Part shown: one piece after another, positions 56,589 through 64,000 of the stretch
How positions within the stretch are numbered: the stretch's first letter is position 1
How the letters are laid out: every line of letters begins with the position of its first letter
Virus record (IMG/VR): IMGVR_UViG_3300044633_000899
Span: 1 to 64,000 of that record
DNA length: 64,000 bases
Strand: one strand, 5' to 3'
The notes under the pieces: generated by a model
What the model saw: the letters and a program-made list of their open reading frames with translations, nothing else
The model's database searches: none
Told to the model about the DNA's origin: nothing
Made by a program: the position numbers and the translations under genes

Positions 56589-56999
56589 ATGGAAAAAGAA
56601 TTTGTACCTTATGAGTTGGCAGTTAAACTTAAAGAATTAGGATTTGATGAACCTTGTTTTGGATGTTACACTAAAGAGGGTCAATTATCGTATGACTTTT
56701 CAGATAACCGAGGAATAGGACATTATTTTCAAAGTTGTGTAGCACCAACATTCTCACAATGTTTTAAATGGTTTAGAGAGAAATACCAGATATTTCCCGA
56801 AGTGTTAACCGATTGTACTACAGAACCGAAATTTGTTTTTACCTATAACACATTTTATGGAAACCCAAAAGATTTAACTGAACAAGAGTGGGGTTGGGAA
56901 AATAATATAGGTCAATATTCTGATATATATAGAACCTATGAAGATGCAGAATTGGAATGTTTGAAAAAATTAATTGAAATTGTGGAATCTAAATCATAA
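56589..56999 (+). CDS. Hypothetical protein (MEKEFVPY family)
   Basis: Paralog of the N-terminal domain of 62653-63561. Confidence 0.7.
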   Translation: MEKEFVPYELAVKLKELGFDEPCFGCYTKEGQLSYDFSDNRGIGHYFQSCVAPTFSQCFKWFREKYQIFPEVLTDCTTEPKFVFTYNTFYGNPKDLTEQEWGWENNIGQYSDIYRTYEDAELECLKKLIEIVESKS

Positions 57000-57016
57000 T
57001 AAGATACAAAACAATT

Positions 57017-57388
57017 ATGACAAATTTAGAAATATTTACGAAGGAATACGAAACACTTAAAGGTCAATTTGTTTTGGTTGATACTGAGGCGATACGTTTG
57101 ATTGGGATTGCTGAAGATGAAATTGACTATTACTATGTGTTATATAATGGTAGAACGTTACGATTAACAAGTTGTGTAATACGATTGACACCACTTAAAG
57201 GATTCATACAGGATGATCATTATAATGATATGGTTAGAATCGCAAAATTAAATCATTATGATCAAGTAACACTTTGGGGATCCAAGGATGACGAACTAAT
57301 TGGTTTTAATGAAAAACACAAAGAAGAGTTAATAAATGGGTGGAATGACACAAAATTTATACTTGGACCTTACTGGGATCTAAATTAA
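57017..57388 (+). CDS. Hypothetical protein
   Basis: ATG start. Confidence 0.6.
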   Translation: MTNLEIFTKEYETLKGQFVLVDTEAIRLIGIAEDEIDYYYVLYNGRTLRLTSCVIRLTPLKGFIQDDHYNDMVRIAKLNHYDQVTLWGSKDDELIGFNEKHKEELINGWNDTKFILGPYWDLN

Positions 57389-57420
57389 TTTGGATATTAA
57401 ATAAATAATAGTTATTTTTG
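57389..57420 (+). promoter_or_regulatory. Bacteroidota-type promoter (TTTG-N20-TATTTTTG)
   Basis: Consensus match. Confidence 0.7.
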
Positions 57421-57439
57421 TTGTTATAAAATAAATAAT

Positions 57440-57679
57440 ATGGAAAAAAGAAGTATACACTACGGAGACGTAGCAAAATGGATTGAGAAAGTAATTGATT
57501 CTTGTGAAACACATAATCAATTAATTACGGCTAGAAACCTAGTTTCTAATTTTAGAAAACGACTATCTTCAGATAATCTTTATCACTCAAAATACCACTA
57601 TAGTGTTATAATACCACTTGACAATCGTATCACATATAAGCGTGATAATTTAAGGATGATAAGGTTAACACACCAATAA
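57440..57679 (+). CDS. Hypothetical protein
   Basis: ATG after the promoter. Confidence 0.6.
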   Translation: MEKRSIHYGDVAKWIEKVIDSCETHNQLITARNLVSNFRKRLSSDNLYHSKYHYSVIIPLDNRITYKRDNLRMIRLTHQ

Positions 57680-57680
57680 T

Positions 57681-57863
57681 ATGGAAGAAACAAAAATTAC
57701 TGAAAAAGAAAATAGTGGTGTTGAAATACTCAAAGATTACTTACCTGGGTTTATAGAACAATTTGGTGATGGTCCTCTTGGTGAATTGAATCCAGATGAT
57801 TGGGACGCACTTAATTTTTTAATGTGGTTAGAACTTAATAATTACAAAATAGTAAAAAAATGA
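57681..57863 (+). CDS. Hypothetical protein
   Basis: Operon packing. Confidence 0.6.
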   Translation: MEETKITEKENSGVEILKDYLPGFIEQFGDGPLGELNPDDWDALNFLMWLELNNYKIVKK

Positions 57864-58039
57864 TTACAAACAAAGAAGTTGAAATTGTAGCATTGAATGG
57901 GTATCTTGAAGGGTTAAATTATAGACATACCTCTCTTGTAAGTATAAGTAAAAATCCACTTTATAAATCTGATTTGAAAGAAGAGATAGAAAAAGTGTTA
58001 AATGAGATTAAAGAAGTTAAAAACAAATTAAATGATTGA
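57860..58039 (+). CDS. Hypothetical protein (missed by ORF track)
   Basis: 59-aa ORF MITNKEVEIV... filling the gap with overlaps on both sides. Confidence 0.55.
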   Translation: MITNKEVEIVALNGYLEGLNYRHTSLVSISKNPLYKSDLKEEIEKVLNEIKEVKNKLND

Positions 58040-58634
58040 TAACATAGAACTTATAAAACCTTTATTAAATTTTTCTGAACCTGGAGATTTTTATATGTTA
58101 TATATTTTTATACGTAAAAAAGATCAACCCGAAGGAGAAAGAGATAATCACCAATCAGTTAGAACAATAAAAACTTATTGTGTTGATTCTATCCCATACC
58201 TTGAAAAAAGATATGATGAGATAAAACAACTATGTGAGATGTTTAAAGCGCGTGCGTACATTCACGTCCAAAAACAAAATCATAGAGATGTATCGTTAAA
58301 TATGATGGTCGCGTTGGCACAGAAAATCCAGAACGGTAATCATAAACAACAAGGATTGTTTGATTCTGTTGTTGGGCAAATTAAAACATATGAAAAAAAT
58401 TGGGTTGTGGATATTGATTTAAAAGACAGGTTGTTTTGTGAAGAGGTTGCAGAATTTATTAACACACTTAAACCTGAAGGTGATAAAATTAAAACGGCTA
58501 TACCAACCAAAAATGGTTATCATTTAATCACTAAAAGATTTGATGTTAAAACATTCTCTGAAATATACCCAGAAATCCAAATACAAAAAAAGAACCCAAC
58601 GCTTCTTTTTTTACCCAAATCGTTAGAACTGTAA
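58032..58634 (+). CDS. Possible AEP/primase-polymerase-like protein
   Basis: WVVDID (DxD) and PTKNGYHLI (TxxGxH) motifs. Confidence 0.45.
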   Translation: MIDNIELIKPLLNFSEPGDFYMLYIFIRKKDQPEGERDNHQSVRTIKTYCVDSIPYLEKRYDEIKQLCEMFKARAYIHVQKQNHRDVSLNMMVALAQKIQNGNHKQQGLFDSVVGQIKTYEKNWVVDIDLKDRLFCEEVAEFINTLKPEGDKIKTAIPTKNGYHLITKRFDVKTFSEIYPEIQIQKKNPTLLFLPKSLEL

Positions 58635-58654
58635 ATAATATAAAATAAATAAAG

Positions 58655-58921
58655 ATGGAAAAAGTAATTAAAATGAATTTAGGAATTGGGATGAATATGT
58701 TATTTCCAGAACCAGTAACTATCGTAATTGAATCTTTTGAAGAAAGATATGAGAAATATCGTGAATTTTGCAAAACAATTGAAGAACCTGATTATGATTT
58801 TTTGGTGGATGATCCAAACCAAAATAAAGTTAGAATATTAACGTTAGATGAATTTATAGATACGTGGCATACAAGTACAACATTTCAAGAAAAATTTAAA
58901 ATTAATGAAGATGAAATATAA
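58655..58921 (+). CDS. Hypothetical protein
   Basis: ATG start. Confidence 0.6.
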   Translation: MEKVIKMNLGIGMNMLFPEPVTIVIESFEERYEKYREFCKTIEEPDYDFLVDDPNQNKVRILTLDEFIDTWHTSTTFQEKFKINEDEI

Positions 58922-59129
58922 AATAATTAAATGGTTTGAATTGAATATCGGTTGGTTTTTCGTTAATGGTAGAAAACAAGATAAGTACATTGAATATTTA
59001 AAAAATAAATATGAAAATAATTGAATGTACTGATTACGACAGTATGGGTAATCACGGACGATTTCCGTTAAAGAAAAAAACAAAGTCAATCCGACAAAAA
59101 CTGATTGACATTTACAACAGATTTAAAAG

Positions 59130-59480
59130 ATGACAAACATAAATAATTTATTGATCGGAATAATATTCGGGGTTTTAGCACAAATACTAACGTTTTTTCA
59201 ATTACAAGGTCAAATGAAATTTGAATGGGTAAAAGAAAACTACTGGTTAACAGTTTTAGTTGGGATTCCGATATCAATGTTGTTTATGTTTTCGGTAAAA
59301 AATATGATAATTGCTTTTAATGGTGAAATGTGGCCATCAAGATTGTTTGGTTTTAGTATTGGTGCAATTGTGTTTACCATATTGAGTTGGTTAGTCTTTA
59401 GTGAACCACTAACAACTAAAACTTACGTTTGTCTGTTTTTAGCCTTGTTAATATTGTTGATTCAATTATTTTGGAAGTAA
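59130..59480 (+). CDS. Small multi-TM membrane protein (SMR/DMT-like)
   Basis: Four hydrophobic helices and an EPLT motif before the last helix. Confidence 0.6.
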   Translation: MTNINNLLIGIIFGVLAQILTFFQLQGQMKFEWVKENYWLTVLVGIPISMLFMFSVKNMIIAFNGEMWPSRLFGFSIGAIVFTILSWLVFSEPLTTKTYVCLFLALLILLIQLFWK

Positions 59481-59559
59481 TGAAAAGAAAACTACAAAAA
59501 TTATTACTTTGGTTAAGTTATAAATTTCCAAAGAAAAAAAGAAAATCAATTTGGGAATT

Positions 59560-59823
59560 ATGATGGAAGAAAATAATTATGATCCGTATTGTCCAGTATG
59601 TGGATCCTGTGGTGAAGATGGATGCTGCCCAGCAACATCGTGTAAACAACATCCAGATGGTCATTATTGTCAAACATATCTTGCCGAATTAAAATTCGGA
59701 TATTTGATGTATCACAAATTACTTGAATTAATTGATGGTGATGAAAAATATAAGGAACAAGTTGATGAGATTTGGGATAAGTTATATGATCAAATTTTTT
59801 ATGATGACAAAGAAGATAAATAA
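59560..59823 (+). CDS. Cys-rich hypothetical protein
   Basis: YCPVCGSCGEDGCCP..C..H..GHYC. Confidence 0.65.
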   Translation: MMEENNYDPYCPVCGSCGEDGCCPATSCKQHPDGHYCQTYLAELKFGYLMYHKLLELIDGDEKYKEQVDEIWDKLYDQIFYDDKEDK

Positions 59824-59865
59824 ACAAATAGGAATAACAAGTAATATACATTTAATTTAAAACAT

Positions 59866-60213
59866 ATGGAAAATTGGTTATTAAATTGGTCAGGGTGGTT
59901 AACAATGAATACACACGCTGAAATTGATGGGTTCAACTTTGAAGATGGACCAGATTGGTATTATGCTGCGTTTAAGGCTTGGCAAAAAAACTCAATGTAT
60001 GGTCAAGATTATGAAAGACATAAAACGGCATTTTCTTTAAGTGAATCACAACAAAATAAGTTGGATGAATGGAAGGGTCATATTAAGGCTGTATTTGGTG
60101 AATATGGTGATTATGACTTCATATTTAAACCAAATGGTATTGGTATGTCTGTTTCCGTTTATAGTGAATTAGCGGACAGAGAATTGGATTTAACAGAAAT
60201 AGAAAATTGGTAG
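59866..60213 (+). CDS. Hypothetical protein
   Basis: ATG start. Confidence 0.65.
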   Translation: MENWLLNWSGWLTMNTHAEIDGFNFEDGPDWYYAAFKAWQKNSMYGQDYERHKTAFSLSESQQNKLDEWKGHIKAVFGEYGDYDFIFKPNGIGMSVSVYSELADRELDLTEIENW

Positions 60214-60215
60214 TT

Positions 60216-60599
60216 ATGGGTGAAATAAATAATATGGATTGGAGAACGACATACCATACAGAAAGTACTGATGGGAAAACAGAACACATTATTTGTGAAT
60301 TATGGATTAATTTCCCAAATTCAATATGGAATCCAAAGGTGGAAAGTCCAATAATAAAACTACATTATCACGACAGAAAAGGTAAAATATTTTGGCCAGA
60401 AACTAATTATGTTATTGAACCAAATAAATCATGCACAATTGAGTTTAATTATTTCCAAAGACAACCTAACAAAGGGTTATATTCAGGTATAAATGGTTCA
60501 CCAGCGTATGATGATTTTAATTTAGATTACTGTAAAGATTATGCGGTTAAATTAATATCTGAAAGATTAAATGATGTTGTAAATCAATTAAAAAAATAA
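60216..60599 (+). CDS. Hypothetical protein
   Basis: ATG at 60216. Confidence 0.6.
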   Translation: MGEINNMDWRTTYHTESTDGKTEHIICELWINFPNSIWNPKVESPIIKLHYHDRKGKIFWPETNYVIEPNKSCTIEFNYFQRQPNKGLYSGINGSPAYDDFNLDYCKDYAVKLISERLNDVVNQLKK

Positions 60600-60600
60600 T

Positions 60601-60870
60601 ATGGAAAAAACTGATAATATGTTGAGATATGAAAAGGCTCACGATGATGTAAGAAAAATTTTTGAGAGTGATAAATCACTTGATGAAAGATTAAATGAGT
60701 TTAATGATTATTTAAAAGGTTATGTGAATAATATTGATGAAGAAGATAATGGAATGATTAGAACTTTATTAGTTATTGGTAAGTCTTTTAAAACCAACCC
60801 AATTGTTAAGGATAATCTTGATTATTTGGTAACCACATTAAAGACAAGGTTAAACGTTAATTTTATTTAA
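60601..60870 (+). CDS. Hypothetical protein
   Basis: Operon packing. Confidence 0.6.
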   Translation: MEKTDNMLRYEKAHDDVRKIFESDKSLDERLNEFNDYLKGYVNNIDEEDNGMIRTLLVIGKSFKTNPIVKDNLDYLVTTLKTRLNVNFI

Positions 60871-60965
60871 AATAATTGACTGATGAAAAAAATTTACATA
60901 TTTTTTTGGTGGTTATGTTACTATCCAGAAATAGTCTGGATTAAATTTAAAACATATTTTAAAAG

Positions 60966-61328
60966 ATGATGAATAAAGAAAAATACAACGAGATTATTGA
61001 TGAGGTGTATGACAAATACACAACCAAGTATGTAGGTTATGACGATGTACCATCAAAAGAATTGTTTTTGTTTGAGATTAGAACAAATAAAGAATTCTCT
61101 GAAAAGTGGGGATTAAAGATTGAGGAACGAGAGTTGAGTTTGGAAGAGAGATATGAACTTTGTAAAGAAAATACAAATAAAAACCCATTAAAGTATTCAG
61201 ATGAAAATGGTAACTATCCCGAACATATACAAAAACCTATATTAAAATGGATGGAAAGTGAAAATATCCCAACCAAACTAATCACAATAACATATAACAA
61301 CGAAACAATAGAAAATTATGAATATTAA
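60966..61328 (+). CDS. Hypothetical protein (FSEKWGLKIEER family)
   Basis: Paralog of 61517-61888. Confidence 0.7.
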   Translation: MMNKEKYNEIIDEVYDKYTTKYVGYDDVPSKELFLFEIRTNKEFSEKWGLKIEERELSLEERYELCKENTNKNPLKYSDENGNYPEHIQKPILKWMESENIPTKLITITYNNETIENYEY

Positions 61329-61524
61329 AATTGATGGAAATGATTTACTCAAAAATATGATGTTTTGGAGTGAGAAAACGGATGATGATTGTGTTGAAAT
61401 GGCAACTGTTGAAGGTAAACTAGATGCTGAACAAGCACTTATTAACATGATAGAAAGAGATTTTGCCTTAGAGTTTAATAAGGAAGTTATTGAAGGATTA
61501 AAAAACTTAGGAACAGATGAATAA
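61318..61524 (+). CDS. Hypothetical protein
   Basis: Overlapping operon packing. Confidence 0.6.
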   Translation: MNIKIDGNDLLKNMMFWSEKTDDDCVEMATVEGKLDAEQALINMIERDFALEFNKEVIEGLKNLGTDE

Positions 61525-61888
61525 AGAACAACAAGAATTATTGAATGATGCTTATGAGAATTATTCAAAGGAATATGAAAAGGATAATTCTATTGGGATG
61601 TGTCTTTTAGTTGCACGAATGGATGGTAAAAAAACCTATCGTAAACCCAACAAAGAAATGTTTGTTGGTTTATGTACTTCCGATAAAACATTCTCTGAAA
61701 AGTGGGGATTAAAGATTGAGGAGAGGAGTTTAAGTTACTCTGAAAGAGAGGAGTTATTCAACCAAAACAGAATTGTTATTCTAACAAAAGGTGAAAAAAT
61801 AGATGAACAAGATTTTGATGATGAAGAGATTCCATCAAAATTAACCACACTTGAATATAACGGAATAAAAACAGAAAGTTATGAGTAA
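61517..61888 (+). CDS. Hypothetical protein (FSEKWGLKIEER family)
   Basis: Paralog of 60966-61328, sharing a 33-nt identical block. Confidence 0.7.
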   Translation: MNKEQQELLNDAYENYSKEYEKDNSIGMCLLVARMDGKKTYRKPNKEMFVGLCTSDKTFSEKWGLKIEERSLSYSEREELFNQNRIVILTKGEKIDEQDFDDEEIPSKLTTLEYNGIKTESYE

Positions 61889-62183
61889 AAGAGTTAAGTT
61901 TGATGGTATATACGGTGAACCTATTGATTTTTCAAAATTTTGGGGTGATTCAATTAAAAGAAAAGAAGATGAAGAAGAAGTCAAAAGAAAAGAGGAAGAA
62001 TTAGAAAGGGAACGAATTAACAAAATTGAATGTCCACTTTGTAAGTCAACCGATAAAATTCATCATATTAAAATAAATAATAATGGTATTATCGGTTCAG
62101 GGTATTCTTCCTGGGTGACAGATGAATACTTAATTTGTAAAAGTTGTGGAATACATTATAGTGATAAAACAAAGTTAAAATAG
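61881..62183 (+). CDS. Zinc-ribbon hypothetical protein
   Basis: CPLC and CKSC pairs. Confidence 0.65.
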   Translation: MSKRVKFDGIYGEPIDFSKFWGDSIKRKEDEEEVKRKEEELERERINKIECPLCKSTDKIHHIKINNNGIIGSGYSSWVTDEYLICKSCGIHYSDKTKLK

Positions 62184-62185
62184 AT

Positions 62186-62614
62186 ATGGAAGGTTTAAAC
62201 GTTAAAGATTTAAGATTTGGTAATTTAGTTAAAACAGTTTTGACCGATGAATATCATATACTTGATATATACGATTTAAGAGTTATTTCAGAAGGTAATT
62301 ATCAAAATTCTTATAATCCAGATATTAAAGTTTTCAAACCGATTAGATTAAATAGAGATTATCTATTAAATTTAGGTTTTGAACAATGTGGTTATGATTT
62401 GTTATATTGGAGACATCCAAGGTTATATAATATTGAGTTTGTTGGAATTAATTGGGCTGATGAGGAATTTCCAGAATATCAATTTTTAAATGCTGAGATT
62501 TATGGTAATTTAATTAAAATTGATTATGTTCACCAAATTCAAAACTTTTTTAATATATTGACTGACGAAGAATTGGATATATCATTATTTTCTGTTGATG
62601 ATTTAGATAATTAA
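62186..62614 (+). CDS. Hypothetical phage protein
   Basis: DLRFGN...PIRL...VHQIQN pattern, a YopX-like family seen in Bacteroidota phages. Confidence 0.6.
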   Translation: MEGLNVKDLRFGNLVKTVLTDEYHILDIYDLRVISEGNYQNSYNPDIKVFKPIRLNRDYLLNLGFEQCGYDLLYWRHPRLYNIEFVGINWADEEFPEYQFLNAEIYGNLIKIDYVHQIQNFFNILTDEELDISLFSVDDLDN

Positions 62615-62652
62615 AATAATATTCATATATTTGCAAAACAAAAATTAGTAAA

Positions 62653-63561
62653 ATGGAAAAAGAATTTGTACCATATAATATTGCCGTTAGATTAAAAGAA
62701 CTTGGGTTTAATGATGAATGTTTTGGTTCTTATTATTTAGATAAAGATGAAAATCACCAGGAAGGTAAATTTGATTATAGAGGTGAACTTAATATTGAAT
62801 ATTCAATATATAAAGAAAATACATATTACATTTTAGCACCAATTTACCAACAAGCATTTTCATTTCTAATCCCACTTCAAGATGAATTTAAAGTTTGTCT
62901 AGATGAAAATGGTTGGTACATATATAATCTGGAAAGTCAAACATATTCAAGTAACGCATTAGAAAAACTATTATCAACAGTTGAGTTAAACCTGATAGTA
63001 AAACCCGATATTGATATAGTGATTGAAAATAAATCAGATTATTTTGAATATTTTATTTATCAATTGTTAACCAAATATAACAAAACTGAAGATAACGATT
63101 TTAGCCGAGTAAAAACATTGTTATTATTAACCTTTTTGGTTCATACAGACTCTGGTAGGGATGAATCAAATAAACTTATAAAAATATTATTTAATAATAT
63201 TGGCGCAAGACCACACGGTGCTTATGATTTTAATATCAGCAAAATAATGAACGAAAATAAACTAAAATATTTGGATATATCAACATCAAAAACAACAATA
63301 GCAAAAACTCCAGATTTTAGTGATTTAAATGTTGAATTAAAAAGAATAATTGATAAATCAATAGAGAAGTTATTAAATTATAACCCAGAGATTCTTGATT
63401 ATAACGTTAATCTGTTAATGGAAGTAAACAAGGACCATCGTTATTGGGATAGAAATTATCACCAAAATAGGGAAGTTTGGGACTTTGATAAACCGATTCC
63501 AATTAAAGAAATAATTGAATCTGAAAAATATTATAAATACAACATTTTTAAACTAATATAA
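62653..63561 (+). CDS. Fusion protein: MEKEFVPY domain + putative Panacea/SocA (DUF4065)-like domain
   Basis: KTLLLLTFLVH...LFNNIGARPHGAY...LMEVNKDHRYW...PIPIKEI resembles the DUF4065 pattern. TATATTTG box at 62626-62633. Confidence 0.5.
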   Translation: MEKEFVPYNIAVRLKELGFNDECFGSYYLDKDENHQEGKFDYRGELNIEYSIYKENTYYILAPIYQQAFSFLIPLQDEFKVCLDENGWYIYNLESQTYSSNALEKLLSTVELNLIVKPDIDIVIENKSDYFEYFIYQLLTKYNKTEDNDFSRVKTLLLLTFLVHTDSGRDESNKLIKILFNNIGARPHGAYDFNISKIMNENKLKYLDISTSKTTIAKTPDFSDLNVELKRIIDKSIEKLLNYNPEILDYNVNLLMEVNKDHRYWDRNYHQNREVWDFDKPIPIKEIIESEKYYKYNIFKLI

Positions 63562-63567
63562 AACAAT

Positions 63568-64000
63568 ATGAACAACAATTTAGATAAACAATACACAGAT
63601 TTATTACAGGATATTTTAGAGAATGGTACAAAAAAAGAAACTAGAAATGGTGGAACACTTTCAGTATTCGGAAGACAAATACGTCACAATATGAAAGATG
63701 GGTTTCCAGCCATTACTACCAAAAAAATGGTATTTAAGACAATGGTAACCGAATTGTTATGGTTCTTACGTGGTAGTTCAGATATTAGGTTTTTATGGGA
63801 AAACAATTGTAAAATCTGGGATGGTGATTGGGAAAAAAATTACAAAACTACTTGTTCAGAACCATATACAATAGAAGAAGTTAAACAAAAAGTAAAAGAT
63901 GGTAACCACCATTTTAACGATTCAATGTTTGATATGGGATTAATTTACGGTAAGCAGTGGAGAAGTTGGAGAGGAAAAAATGGTATGATTGGCGAGAAAG
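63568..64000 (+). CDS. thyA: Thymidylate synthase (3' partial; missed by ORF track)
   Basis: QYTDLLQDILENG..ETRNGGTLSVFGRQIR...FPAITTKK...ELLWFLRG...IWD...G.IYGKQWR. Confidence 0.95.
   Translation, partial: MNNNLDKQYTDLLQDILENGTKKETRNGGTLSVFGRQIRHNMKDGFPAITTKKMVFKTMVTELLWFLRGSSDIRFLWENNCKIWDGDWEKNYKTTCSEPYTIEEVKQKVKDGNHHFNDSMFDMGLIYGKQWRSWRGKNGMIGEK

Noticed and set aside
699-62023. Many short antisense or out-of-frame ORFs in the ORF track (e.g. 699-974, 7951-8262, 12635-13009, 21154-21522, 34205-34624, 47062-47409)
   Set aside because: They lie wholly within longer, motif-bearing genes on another frame or strand and reflect codon bias.
1-64000. Alternative genetic code (stop-codon reassignment) as in some huge phages
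   Set aside because: Conserved genes (primase, Rad50-like, sigma, MTases, DnaJ) are intact under the standard code, and coding density is high.
1-64000. tRNA genes, introns or inteins
   Set aside because: No tRNA cloverleaf with a GTTCRA T-loop in intergenic space, and no interrupted conserved genes were noticed.

Overview
This is a very AT-rich (roughly 70% AT by eye), gene-dense segment of a jumbo or huge tailed-phage genome. The host is most likely in Bacteroidota: about a dozen TTTG-N19/20-TAnnTTTG promoters, a short Bacteroidota-type primary sigma factor, SprB-like repeats and an Hc1 protein point that way. 1-13.6 kb is a virion (baseplate/fibre) module with Thr/Pro-rich proteins and an embedded glycosyltransferase. 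13.6-27 kb holds replication, recombination and regulation genes (RuvC, primase, DenV, Mre11/Rad50, sigma factor) and three tandem C5 DNA methyltransferases. 27-47 kb mixes putative virion-internal proteins, lysis-like genes, DnaJ, thioredoxin/glutaredoxin, an LRR protein, a MetK-derived protein and two structured ncRNA candidates. 47-64 kb contains RNA end-healing-type enzymes, an SPFH protein, many small hypotheticals and the start of thyA. The most striking feature is a ~140-aa protein module found twice (31.5 kb and 49.9 kb). At both sites its last codons are the first copy of a 36-nt repeat that begins a CRISPR-like repeat/unique-spacer mini-array, and no cas gene is seen in the window. 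All family assignments come from motif recognition by eye, not database searches.
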